Shown one piece after another: positions 50,239-59,494 of a DNA stretch of 64,000 nt. The notes under the pieces were generated by a model. The model saw nothing but the letters and a program-made list of their open reading frames with translations. It was not told the origin of the DNA and did no database searches. The first letter of the stretch is position 1; every line of letters starts with the position of its first letter. The DNA lies in contig CAWFJP010000027.1 in NCBI GenBank assembly GCA_963816145.1, forward strand, positions 1 through 64,000, read 5' to 3'. Source of the DNA: an uncultured delta proteobacterium (lineage in GTDB: Bacteria > Desulfobacterota > Binatia > UBA9968). Both the position numbers and the translations under genes were made by a program.

Positions 50239-52209
50239 ATGCGCGAGCAATTTTACCAGAGCCACGGCCTGCCTCCAGAACAGGCGGCAATTCGAGACAA
50301 GTGCTTTCATCCGTCGGGCACCTTCGTCGAGTTTCCGATGGAGGACATCGAGACTTCGATTCCGGAGCGCTTTGACAAGATGGTGCGGTTCTACCCGAAA
50401 CAGATCGCTGTCGCCACGCGGTCAGAATCGCTCACGTATGAAGCGTTGAATCACGCCGCGAACCGCGTCGCTAATGCACTCTTGGCGTTGAGCGACGCAC
50501 AACTGGAGCCGGTGGGACTCCTCTTGCCTAAGAGCGTTGCGTTGGTCATCGCGATGCTCGGGACCTTGAAGGCCGGGAAGACCTGCGTACCGATGGACCC
50601 GACGTTTCCGGCGACCCGGCTTTCGCGAATGTGCGAAGACCTACAAGCCCGTTTACTCGTCGTTGATCAAAGCACCGTTGAAGTGGCGAAGGGGTGCGCC
50701 AATAAAGAACGGTTCTTGAATGTCGATGACCTGGACAACCGAGCTGACGCGAGTCCGAACGTCGCGTTTCGACCGGACGATTCAGCCTGCATATTTTACA
50801 CTTCGGGGTCTACCGGTTTGCCCAAGGGTGTCATTGAGAACCATCGCAACCTGCTGTACCACACGATGCGAGATACCAACGACTACCATATCTGCGCCGA
50901 GGACAGATTGACGTTTGTTGCTTCGTCAGGGAGGGATATCTTCCGCGCCCTACTTAACGGCGCCGCGGTCTACCCCCTGGACATTCGTCAGGAAGAATTT
51001 ACCGGATTGGCTCACTGGATGATGAAAGAAGAGATCACAGTTCTGAATTGCGTGACTTCGGTCTTCCGGAACTTCGCGAGCGCGGTGAACACCAGCGAAC
51101 AATTCCCCCACCTGCGCCTGATCGGGTTGACTGGCGAGACTATCTACAAAAGCGATTTTGAGCTCTTTCGAAATCGGTTTTCCGACAAATGTGTTCTGGT
51201 TAATCGTTATGGCCCCAATGAAGCGGGCCGGATTGCCCAGTATCTGATGGACAAGAGTACCGTTTTCACGAGTAACGTTGTACCGGTTGGCTACCTGGCT
51301 TCAGGAAAAGAGATCCAGCTTGTCGATAACGACGGCAACCCGGTCGCGGTTGGGGCGATCGGCGAGATCGTGGTCAGAAGCCGTTATCTGTCCCCTGGGT
51401 ATTGGCGGCAACCTGAGCTGACCCACGATACATTTCAGGCTGATCCTTTGAACCCGCAGAACCGGGTTTATCACACCGGAGACCTTGGCTTGATGGAGCC
51501 GGATGGCCGTCTCCTGCATCTCGGACGAAAAGACTTTCAAGTCAAGATCAGAGGAAATCGCGTCGACACAATGGCTGTAGAAACCGCGATCCTCGGTCTC
51601 GAATCAGTGCGCGAGGCCGCTGTGGTTGCGGTGGAAAGTGGTGCCGGCGATCCGCATCTCGTGGCCTATGTCGTCGTGAACGGGACGCCCGTGCCGACGT
51701 CGAGCTCTGTACGAGACGCGCTCAAGGACCAGTTCCCAGCGTTCATGATTCCGTCAACGTTCGTTTTTATGGACAAGCTGCCCGTTACCGGCATCGGTAA
51801 GGTTGACCGCAGAGCGCTCCCCGCGCCTGATTGGGGCCGGCCGGGCCTTGACGTGCCCTATGTTGCTCCGCGAAACGAAATTGAAGAAAAGCTGGCGGAC
51901 ATTTGGGCCGAAGTTTTGCATCTGGAAAGGGTCGGAGTTCTGGATAACTTTTTGCATCTGGGCGGTCATTCAATCACGGCGGTGCGCGTCGTCACTAAAA
52001 TAATTCAATCCATGCAGATCGAACTGCCGATCAAAGCTCTGTTTGATTCACCCACGATCGCCGACATGGCCGCACTAATTGCTCGGAACGAGTTGAGCGT
52101 GGCCGACGCCCAAGCGCTGGAACACATGCTCAATGAAGTGGAAGCGATCACGGAGGGGGAAGCGAGTAAATCGCTTGCGCGAGGACAAAAGGGCGAGCGC
52201 CCGCGCTGA
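50239..52209 (+). CDS. Stand-alone NRPS-like adenylation-thiolation (A-PCP) protein
   Basis: YTSGSTGLPKG, NRYGPNE, YHTGDLG, GRKDFQVKIRG, GKVDRRAL, PCP DNFLHLGGHS. Confidence 0.93.
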   Translation: MREQFYQSHGLPPEQAAIRDKCFHPSGTFVEFPMEDIETSIPERFDKMVRFYPKQIAVATRSESLTYEALNHAANRVANALLALSDAQLEPVGLLLPKSVALVIAMLGTLKAGKTCVPMDPTFPATRLSRMCEDLQARLLVVDQSTVEVAKGCANKERFLNVDDLDNRADASPNVAFRPDDSACIFYTSGSTGLPKGVIENHRNLLYHTMRDTNDYHICAEDRLTFVASSGRDIFRALLNGAAVYPLDIRQEEFTGLAHWMMKEEITVLNCVTSVFRNFASAVNTSEQFPHLRLIGLTGETIYKSDFELFRNRFSDKCVLVNRYGPNEAGRIAQYLMDKSTVFTSNVVPVGYLASGKEIQLVDNDGNPVAVGAIGEIVVRSRYLSPGYWRQPELTHDTFQADPLNPQNRVYHTGDLGLMEPDGRLLHLGRKDFQVKIRGNRVDTMAVETAILGLESVREAAVVAVESGAGDPHLVAYVVVNGTPVPTSSSVRDALKDQFPAFMIPSTFVFMDKLPVTGIGKVDRRALPAPDWGRPGLDVPYVAPRNEIEEKLADIWAEVLHLERVGVLDNFLHLGGHSITAVRVVTKIIQSMQIELPIKALFDSPTIADMAALIARNELSVADAQALEHMLNEVEAITEGEASKSLARGQKGERPR

Positions 52210-52361
52210 TTAGAGAACTATCAGCGACCGGCAATCTGCCCTCATGTGCGAGATCTACAGGAGTTCTGCGCGGGTCGCGTCTTGCATTGCGAGTATGATC
52301 GATTACAAGACCTGGCACATAGGCTCGATATGGCACAAAAGCTCTTGGCCCCGAATCTCTC

Positions 52362-52479
52362 CTCGCGCCCGACCGCGCGGCGATCAAGTGTATCCTGGAC
52401 GTCGAACGCAAAAGAAATCCCGCCGTTGCCAAGTTCAAAGCGGAGAGTTTTTATGATTCCACGTTCATCAACGAGTTGC
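52362..52479 (+). pseudogene. C-terminal fragment of an SsuA/NMT1-type binding-protein gene
   Basis: LAPDRAAIKCILDVERKRNPAVAKFKAESFYDSTFINEL; 52361-52398 matches 63963-64000 at 36/38. Confidence 0.6.
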
Positions 52480-52611
52480 GAGGCTGTGTCGTAATGCGCA
52501 AATGCCCCACATCTGTCATCCCGAGCGCAGCGAGGGATCTCGTGTTTTCAGCCGCATACGAAGAAGAGATTTCTCGGCTTCACCTCGAAATGACAGTTGC
52601 GACACAGTCTG
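52480..52611. mobile_element. ~132-bp MITE, inverted copy of 32145-32276
   Basis: Two internal mismatches relative to copy 1; flanked by a TGC duplication. Confidence 0.85.
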
Positions 52612-52849
52612 TGCGCAAAGAAGGGTAGTGACCGGCCGCGTGCCGAATTGAACCGAGCCGCGCGCACGAACGTCGCGGGAATCCGAGTCGAGCCAGGAAT
52701 TGAGAAGGATTGTCATGATGTCAAAGTCTGACCCCGAGTCCTAAGCTTCCAATGTGATTTTCAACCTGGCGATTTCGAGCAAGCGTATAACGTCTTGTGC
52801 GGCTTCAGAGGTCGATGCAATGTCGGCGACCGGCGTGACGTGAGGAGCA

Positions 52850-53782
52850 GTGGGCGTGGCGAGTATCGTGCTTTCTAGGCTGATGCAGGCGGTGCCCTCG
52901 TTACTGGGAGTGACGATCATCGCGTTCGTGCTGCTCCAGTTAAGCGGCGATCTCACTCAACTGCTGCTGCCAATGGAGGCTTCCGAGGAAGTGCGCGCGG
53001 ATTTTCGCCGCGCGTATGGCCTCGATCAGTCGATCCCAGTCCAGTATGGCCACTACCTAACGCGCTTGCTGCATGGCGACTTCGGCCAATCCTTTGCCTA
53101 TCGTCGGCCGGCGCTGGAGGTGGTGTTGGAGCGGCTGCCGGCGACGCTGGAGCTGTCGGCGGCGGCGTTGCTGATCGCCTTGACCGTCGCTATTCCCGCC
53201 GGCATTATTTCCGCGGTCAAGCGCAATTCAATCTTCGATCATATCTCCATGGGCCTGGTGTTGCTGGGGCAGTCGGTGCCGACGTTTTGGCTGGGCATGC
53301 TGATGATCCTGATATTCGCGGTGGGGTTGCACGCGCTGCCGGTCTCCGGCCGGGGCAGCTTTGCGCAACTAGTATTGCCGAGCGTGACGCTGGCGATGTG
53401 GCTGCTGGCGCTGGTTGCAAGGCTGACGCGCTCGGGGATGTTGGAGGTGCTGTCCCAGGACTACATCCGCACCGCGCGGGCCAAGGGTCTGGCCGAGATC
53501 GTGGTGACCACGCGGCACGCGGTGCGCAACGCGCTGGTGCCGATCGTCACGGTGGTGGGTTTGCAGGCTGGCGGATTGCTCGGCGGCGCGGTCATGACCG
53601 AAGCGGTGTTTGCATGGCCGGGCGTGGGCACACTGGTGCTGGAGTCGATCTTGAAGCGCGACTACCCGGTGGTGTTGGCGGCGTTAATCATAGTAGCCAT
53701 GGCCTTCGTGCTGATCAATCTGCTGGTAGATTTACTCTATGGCTACCTGGACCCGCGGGTGAGGACGGCGCGTCGTGGCTAG
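52850..53782 (+). CDS. Peptide/nickel ABC transporter permease (DppB-like)
   Basis: GLDQS...QY, GDFGQS, RLPATLELS, DYIRTARAKGL, TEAVFAWPG. Confidence 0.95.
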   Translation: MGVASIVLSRLMQAVPSLLGVTIIAFVLLQLSGDLTQLLLPMEASEEVRADFRRAYGLDQSIPVQYGHYLTRLLHGDFGQSFAYRRPALEVVLERLPATLELSAAALLIALTVAIPAGIISAVKRNSIFDHISMGLVLLGQSVPTFWLGMLMILIFAVGLHALPVSGRGSFAQLVLPSVTLAMWLLALVARLTRSGMLEVLSQDYIRTARAKGLAEIVVTTRHAVRNALVPIVTVVGLQAGGLLGGAVMTEAVFAWPGVGTLVLESILKRDYPVVLAALIIVAMAFVLINLLVDLLYGYLDPRVRTARRG

Positions 53783-54677
53783 TGAGATTGCATTGGCTGT
53801 GGCCGAGCCGGAACCGACGGTGCGCGACGGTTACCGTACGTTACGGCGACTCGCGCGGGGGCGCACCGGCTGGGTTGGAGCCGTCTTGCTAGTTCTGATC
53901 ATGGGGGTCGCGCTAGCAGCGCCGCTGGTGGCGCCATACGGTTTCAACGAGATGTCGTTAGCAAATCGGCTGCAGCCACCGGTGTGGCTGGCTGGCGGAA
54001 CTTCCGCGAACCTGCTGGGGACCGATCCGCTGGGGCGGGATATGCTGAGCCGGGTGATCTGGGCCGCGCGCACGTCGCTCAGCGTCGCCGGCATCAGTGT
54101 GCTGGTGGCGCTCTTTTTCGGCGTGACGATCGGACTCTTGTCCGGCTATTATGGCGGCTGGCTCGACATGTTGATCATGCGGCTAGCGGATATGCAGTTG
54201 TCGTTTCCGTACTTGTTACTGGCCATTGCCGTGATGGCGCTGCTCAAACCTACGCTGGCTAATCTGATCATTGTCCTGGCGCTGCGCAGCTGGGTGGTGT
54301 ACGCGCGCACGGTGCGCAGCTCGGTGCTGGTGGTCAAGCGGAGCGAGTTCGTCGAGGCGACCGTCGCGCTCGGTGCATCGGACCGGCGAATCATCACGCG
54401 TCATCTCACCCCCAACGTGATCGCGCCGGTCATCGTGATCAGTAGTTTTCAACTGGCGGAGTTGATCATCGCCGAATCGTCGCTGAGCTTTTTAGGATTA
54501 GGTGTACAGCCGCCGACGCCAAGTTGGGGCGGCATGCTCAGTCAGGGTAGGGAGTACCTGACCAGCGCGTGGTGGCTGGGCTTGTTCCCGGGGCTGGCGA
54601 TCATTCTGACCGTGCTGGGTATAAATTTGTTCGGCGATGCGCTACGGGACGCAATGGACCCGAGGCTGAGAATGTAA
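53775..54677 (+). CDS. Peptide/nickel ABC transporter permease (DppC-like)
   Basis: LLGTDPLGRD, ESSLSFLGLG, PSWG, GDALRDAMDP. Confidence 0.95.
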   Translation: MASEIALAVAEPEPTVRDGYRTLRRLARGRTGWVGAVLLVLIMGVALAAPLVAPYGFNEMSLANRLQPPVWLAGGTSANLLGTDPLGRDMLSRVIWAARTSLSVAGISVLVALFFGVTIGLLSGYYGGWLDMLIMRLADMQLSFPYLLLAIAVMALLKPTLANLIIVLALRSWVVYARTVRSSVLVVKRSEFVEATVALGASDRRIITRHLTPNVIAPVIVISSFQLAELIIAESSLSFLGLGVQPPTPSWGGMLSQGREYLTSAWWLGLFPGLAIILTVLGINLFGDALRDAMDPRLRM

Positions 54678-54708
54678 ATTTTGGATTTTCGATTTTGGAT
54701 TTTGGATT
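54678..54708. repeat. (TTTTGGA)n heptamer tandem repeat
   Basis: ATTTTGGATTTTCGATTTTGGATTTTGGATT. Confidence 0.7.
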
Positions 54709-54750
54709 AAAAAGGCAGAATTGGCCGGAGTCAAATTGGGATGCGTAACT

Positions 54751-56029
54751 ATGCGGCTTGAGCTTGGGTCGTTTAATATTGATTGCATTGAGTTCGGGGT
54801 GCGGACCGCGGTGGAGAACCGGACGCTGGTCGTCAATCGTGAAGAGGTGCGACGGCTGGTGCTTGTTGATTCGCACTTCGCGGACGTGCGGGTACATCTG
54901 GCTCGGCCAGGCGAGATGGTCAGAATCATCAACGCCAAAGACGCGGTGGAGCCGCGCTGGAAAGTGAAAGGGCCGGGCGGGGTATTCCCCGGATTTGTCT
55001 CTGCGCCGACCACGGTGGGCGAGGGGCGGACGCATCGGCTTGGCGGGGTGGCGGTGTTGGAAGTGGCGGAGCCTGTGCCGGGCGAGCAGACTCATTTCCG
55101 CGAACAGATCCTCGACATGTCCGGGCCGGGCGCGGAGTTCAGCCCGTTTGCCCAAACGCTCAACGTAGCGCTCGAGTTCACGCCGCACCCGAGCCTGTTT
55201 TCGTCGTCGGTGGACGCTAAGGACGTGCTGGGCGGGACCAGTGCAGCCGAGGACTACGGACGCGCGACCACATTGGCGTGTCTAAAGGTCGCCGCTTATC
55301 TGGCTAGGACCACGGCGGAGCAGCTGCCCGGACGAGTTGGAGACGTTTGAGCTGACGCCCTGCGCGCCGGAGTTGCCCCGTGTGGCCTGCCTGTACCATA
55401 CCCAAGCGAACTACGTGTACGGCGCGAAAATCCCTCTGCCGCTGGGAACGCTTGTTCATCCGAATGAGTTGTTCGACGGTGCTCTTGTCGGCTGGCGTCA
55501 GGCCTATCGCTCGACCTACTGGGACCAGAACAACCAGGCCATGCGCGAGCTTTATCTGGCCCATGGCAACAGCGTAAATTTCGTCGGCTGTGTGCTGTTC
55601 TACGACCTCACGCCGGAACGGGAGCAGAAGGAGCGTGTGAGCAGCGCCGCGGCGAAGTTGGTGCGGCTGCTTGGCGCCCAGGGCGCGCTCGTGCTTGGCA
55701 TCAACGGCAGCAACTACGCCATCGATACCATGCTCGCGATTCAAGAATGCGAGAAGCTGGGCATCAAAACCACTTTGATCTATCTTGACGTCGGCTACGG
55801 GCCGGACGATCCGGGCTTCGTGCACGCCGCGCCGGAGGCGGACGCGATTGTCTGTATCGGCAGCCGCGACCGAAAAATAACTCTGCCGCCGACAGCGAAA
55901 GTGATCGGCGGGCAACGGCTGGCGAGCAGCGATGCCGACCCGCGCGGCGAGGTGACCGTCAACCAGCGCGACATCCACACCGCGTGCAGCGCGCAGGGAT
56001 TTACTCGGCAGACGACGAGGTTTTATTGA
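54751..56029 (+). CDS. Glycine/sarcosine/betaine reductase component B alpha/beta-type subunit (GrdE/GrdG/GrdI-like), +1 frameshift at ~55327-55329
   Basis: MRLELG, ARPGE.VRI...KD.VEPR.K, GEGRTH.L.G.AV, DMSGPGA.FSPF, HPNE..DGA.V, ADAIV..G. Removing one C of CCC restores LPDELETFE (425 aa). Confidence 0.88.
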
Positions 56030-56073
56030 GATGTTAGAGTCTCGATTTTGACACGTAACCAGGGGAGGGACAC

Positions 56074-57387
56074 ATGAATACCATTCGCGTCGTACTTTAC
56101 CTGAATCAGTTCTTCGCTGGGCTTGGGGCGGAGGAATACGCGGGAACCGGGCCCGGGAAGAAGTCAGGGGCGGTGGGGCCAGGTATCGCGCTGCAGCAAG
56201 CGCTGGGCGAGGGGGCGCAGATCGTCGCGACGGTGTACTGCGGCGACAATTACGCCAACGAGCATGCCAACGCCATCGATGCGATCTTGGCGCTAGTGTC
56301 CGAAGAGCGGCCGGATATTTTGATCGCAGGTCCGGCCTTCGCCTCTGGGCGGTACGGGCTGGCGTGCGGCGAGCTGTGCGTGCGGGCGCAAGATGAGCTG
56401 GGAGCGTTGGGCATCGTGGCGGTGACCGGCATGCACCCGGACAATCCGGGCGTTGACCTGTACCGAACCAAGGTCCACATCGCGCGCACGCGTGAGAGTG
56501 CCGCTGGCATGAGCGACGCGATGAAAGTCATGGCGCGGCTGGCGCTGAAACTTTACGCTCGCGTGCCGCTCGGGACGCCGCAAGAAGAAGGGTATATTTC
56601 CACTGGGCGGAGAGTCCATTTTGTCGCCGAGCAGACGGCGGCGCAGCGTGCCATCGAAATGCTGGTCAAGAAGATGAGCGGCCAGCCGTTCGCCACCGAG
56701 TGGCCCACGCCGAGCTACAGCCAGGTGGAGCCGGCGCCGCCGGTGCGGGATATCGCCCATGCCAAGATTGCATTGGTCACCACGGGAGGTGTGGTGCCGC
56801 GCGGCAACCCGGACCGGCTCGAGTCGGCCTACGCGAGCAAGTGGCTGAGGTATCCGATTGGCGAGCTGAACGATCTCAAGCCCAGCGATTGGCAGTCGAT
56901 TCACGGCGGCTTCGACACGACCAACGTAAACGAAGACCCGAACCGGATGGCGCCGCTCGACGCGCTGCGTGAGTTAGAACGAGAAGGAGCGTTCCAGGAT
57001 CTGGACGACGAGCTTTACACGACCACTGGCAACACCGCGGCCATCCCGACGGCGCGCCGCTTCGCGCAGGAAATGCTCAAGGTGTTACGCGCCAACGACG
57101 TGCAGGGGGTGATCCTCACTTCCGCCTGAGGGTCATGCTCTCGCGGCGGCGCCGTGATGGCTAAGGAATTCGAGTCGGCAGGCATGCCGGTGGCGTACGT
57201 AACCACGCTGGACGGGCTGGCCCGCTCAGTGGGCGCGCCGCGCATCGTGCGCGGCAAGGCGATTACCAACGTCGCGGGCGACCCCAACCTGCGGCCAAGC
57301 GACGAGAAGGCGTTGCGCAAGGAGATAGTTGCCAAGGCGCTAAAGGCGCTCACGACGCCAGTAAACGAACCGACGTCATTTGATTGA
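56074..57387 (+). CDS. Glycine/sarcosine/betaine reductase selenoprotein B (GrdB-like), 437 aa with Sec352
   Basis: YLNQFFAG, CGDNY, AGPAF.SGRYGLACG, IALVTTGGVVP.GNPD, HGGFD. The two track ORFs 56074-57129 and 57154-57387 are in one frame, joined by TCC GCC TGA GGG TCA TGC = S-A-U-G-S-C. Confidence 0.92.
57131..57162 (+). promoter_or_regulatory. Putative bacterial SECIS hairpin
   Basis: Upper stem TCGCGGC/GCCGTGA with G-first loop GGC starting 18 nt after the UGA; lower stem GGTCA/TGGCT. Confidence 0.65.
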
Positions 57388-57485
57388 GATTAATTCCGGT
57401 ACACGCTGCCTAGCGAGCGATCGCGGGTGTTCTCATGAGGCGGCCTAATAATGATGCGGGGATGTCGAGAAGCTAAGAAGGAGCG

Positions 57486-59015
57486 ATGATGAAGGCTGAT
57501 TTCCGAGTACGATCAAGTATGCTCGTTTGGGGAGCGTTGCTGGCGCTGCTCACCTCGTCGTCGGCGGCCCATGCGGCGCAATCGGCCGGACCAGCGCAGT
57601 GGACCTTGGCCGTGATCGAAGAGACCACCTCGGTGGATCCGGGCGCAGCCGCGGCAGCCAACGCCACGGTGCTGGTGCTGCGCCACCTGTTCGAGCCGCT
57701 GGTCGCGTACGAGGGCGCGCCGTTCAAGCTGACGCCGAGATTGGCCAGCTCGTGGACGGTGAAGGACAACCGCTGGGAGTTCAAGCTGCGTCAGGGTGTG
57801 AAGCACCATGACGGCACGCCGGTCACCGCCGAGGACGTGAAATATTCGCTCGACATCTACCGCCAGGACGGTTCGCCGCGCAAAGCCAACACCGCGGGCA
57901 TCACCAACGTCGAGGCGGTGGACCCACAGACGGTGCGGATCACCACCGACGGCCCGCGCCCCGGCTTGATGGCCAACCTGAGTCTGCTGCTGATCCTCTC
58001 CAAGAAGGCCAGAGAGAAGATGGGCGTTGACGAGTTCGGCAAAAAGCCGGTGGGCAACGGCGCCTATAAGTTCGTCGAGTTCGTGCGCGGCCAGCGCTTG
58101 GTGCTGGAAGCCAATCCCGATTACTACCGCGGCCGCGTGCAGCCGAGCCGGCTGGTGCTGCGACCCATCAGCGACCCAGCCACACGCGTGGCGGAGCTCA
58201 AAACCGGCGGCGTGCAGATCATCCAAGATCCATCGCTGGCGCAGCTGCAAGAATTACAGACCGATCCGAACACGGAGCTGAAGCTGCTCAAGGGCGGACG
58301 GTTGATCATCCATCCGTTCAACACCACCGAGCCGCCGTTCGACGACGTGCGCGTGCGCCGCGCGGCGAACTACGCGGTGGATCGCGCATCAATTCTAAAG
58401 CGGGTGTTGGAGAACTATGGCGAGCTGTTGCGCGGCCCGTACTCATCGGCGTGGCCGGGCTACGATCCCAAACTCAATCCTTATCCGTACGATCCGTCCA
58501 GGGCCAAGAAACTGCTGGCTGAGGCGGGCTACGCGAACGGGATCGAGGCGAACTTCAGCATCACCAGCGGCGCTTTCCTAAAGGATCGCGACATCGCTGA
58601 GGTGATCGCCAGCCAACTGGCCGAGGTGGGTATCAAGGTGCGGCTAGTGCCGACCGAGCGCGCCACGCTCCAGACCACCTGGCTGGCCGGCGATTTCAAA
58701 GGCATCACCTCGGTGGCCTGGGGGACCGCCGCCGATCCCGACGCGATGCTCGGCTGGGCGCTATACCAGCGCAAGGGTCACAAGCCCGATGACAAGCTGA
58801 ACGGGCTCATCGACAAGAGCCGCAAAACGGTCGACCCCGAGCAGCGCACCAAGGTGCTAATGGAGCTTGGCCACTACGTGCACGACCAGGCTTACTGGCT
58901 GTTCATGCACGCCCAGGACGAAATATACGCCAAGCGTAAGGAGGTGCGCTGGGAGCCTGTGCCTGAAGGCCAGAGCTTCGCGAACGTGAGGTACTACACC
59001 GTGACGCCGCGGTAA
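57486..59015 (+). CDS. Family 5 (DppA/OppA-like) ABC substrate-binding protein
   Basis: Signal peptide; LASSW...WEFKLRQGVK.HDG.P.TAEDVKYS, PVGNGAYKF, PFDDVRVRRA.NYAVD. Confidence 0.95.
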   Translation: MMKADFRVRSSMLVWGALLALLTSSSAAHAAQSAGPAQWTLAVIEETTSVDPGAAAAANATVLVLRHLFEPLVAYEGAPFKLTPRLASSWTVKDNRWEFKLRQGVKHHDGTPVTAEDVKYSLDIYRQDGSPRKANTAGITNVEAVDPQTVRITTDGPRPGLMANLSLLLILSKKAREKMGVDEFGKKPVGNGAYKFVEFVRGQRLVLEANPDYYRGRVQPSRLVLRPISDPATRVAELKTGGVQIIQDPSLAQLQELQTDPNTELKLLKGGRLIIHPFNTTEPPFDDVRVRRAANYAVDRASILKRVLENYGELLRGPYSSAWPGYDPKLNPYPYDPSRAKKLLAEAGYANGIEANFSITSGAFLKDRDIAEVIASQLAEVGIKVRLVPTERATLQTTWLAGDFKGITSVAWGTAADPDAMLGWALYQRKGHKPDDKLNGLIDKSRKTVDPEQRTKVLMELGHYVHDQAYWLFMHAQDEIYAKRKEVRWEPVPEGQSFANVRYYTVTPR

Positions 59016-59080
59016 ATGGGTAAGCGTCGCCTGGACTCTCAAGGCGGGTGAGTGTCGCGTGCATTGATTCCATGTTGGAC

Positions 59081-59210
59081 TGACTGTGCACGCGCTCAAC
59101 TAAGCCAGGACAACATAGAGCGCAGTCTTGGCGTGGTTCGCGAGTTAGAGAAGGTGGGGAATGTCGGGACGCTGATGGCTATTCTTAGTTCGCCGTTGCA
59201 CAAGGCTTAG
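59081..59210 (+). pseudogene. Direct-repeat copy 2: orphan 3' end of an MmgE/PrpD gene
   Basis: DCARAQLSQDNIERSLGVVRELEKVGNVGTLMAILSSPLHKA*, parallel to the end of 48167-49562. Confidence 0.9.
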
Positions 59211-59494
59211 GGGTTCGGGTTTACGAGCATCGGTGAAATTAGCCAATGCCAAAGCACGGGCATGGGCGAGCAAGGCGCGCGCCGAGTGTCGCAAATCATC
59301 CTCACGATCCGCTCGCAGGCGATGATCCGTCTCGACACTGGATTTTTTGATTCGTACGCTGGTTCGCAATCACCTCAAGATATCAAGTTGAGTTCCGATC
59401 GAGAGCGGGCTTTGATGCAGAATTATCTTGCGGTTTGATTGCAATGAGCACCTTAGGTTAGACTTCCAAGAACAATACCGGTGGAGGTTCATCG

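Noticed and set aside
46294-52209. Deacylase + MmgE/PrpD + NRPS A-T as one biosynthetic cluster
   Set aside because: Separated by the direct-repeat boundary and antitoxin remnants; no condensation, release or tailoring genes.
55321-55350. Programmed frameshift or natural alpha/beta split of the GrdE-like gene
   Set aside because: No slippery heptamer, the break is upstream of the natural cleavage position, and two unrelated genes show the same +1 pattern.
57154-57387. Separate 77-aa gene after a truncated grdB
   Set aside because: In frame with the upstream ORF across a single TGA at the conserved Sec position.
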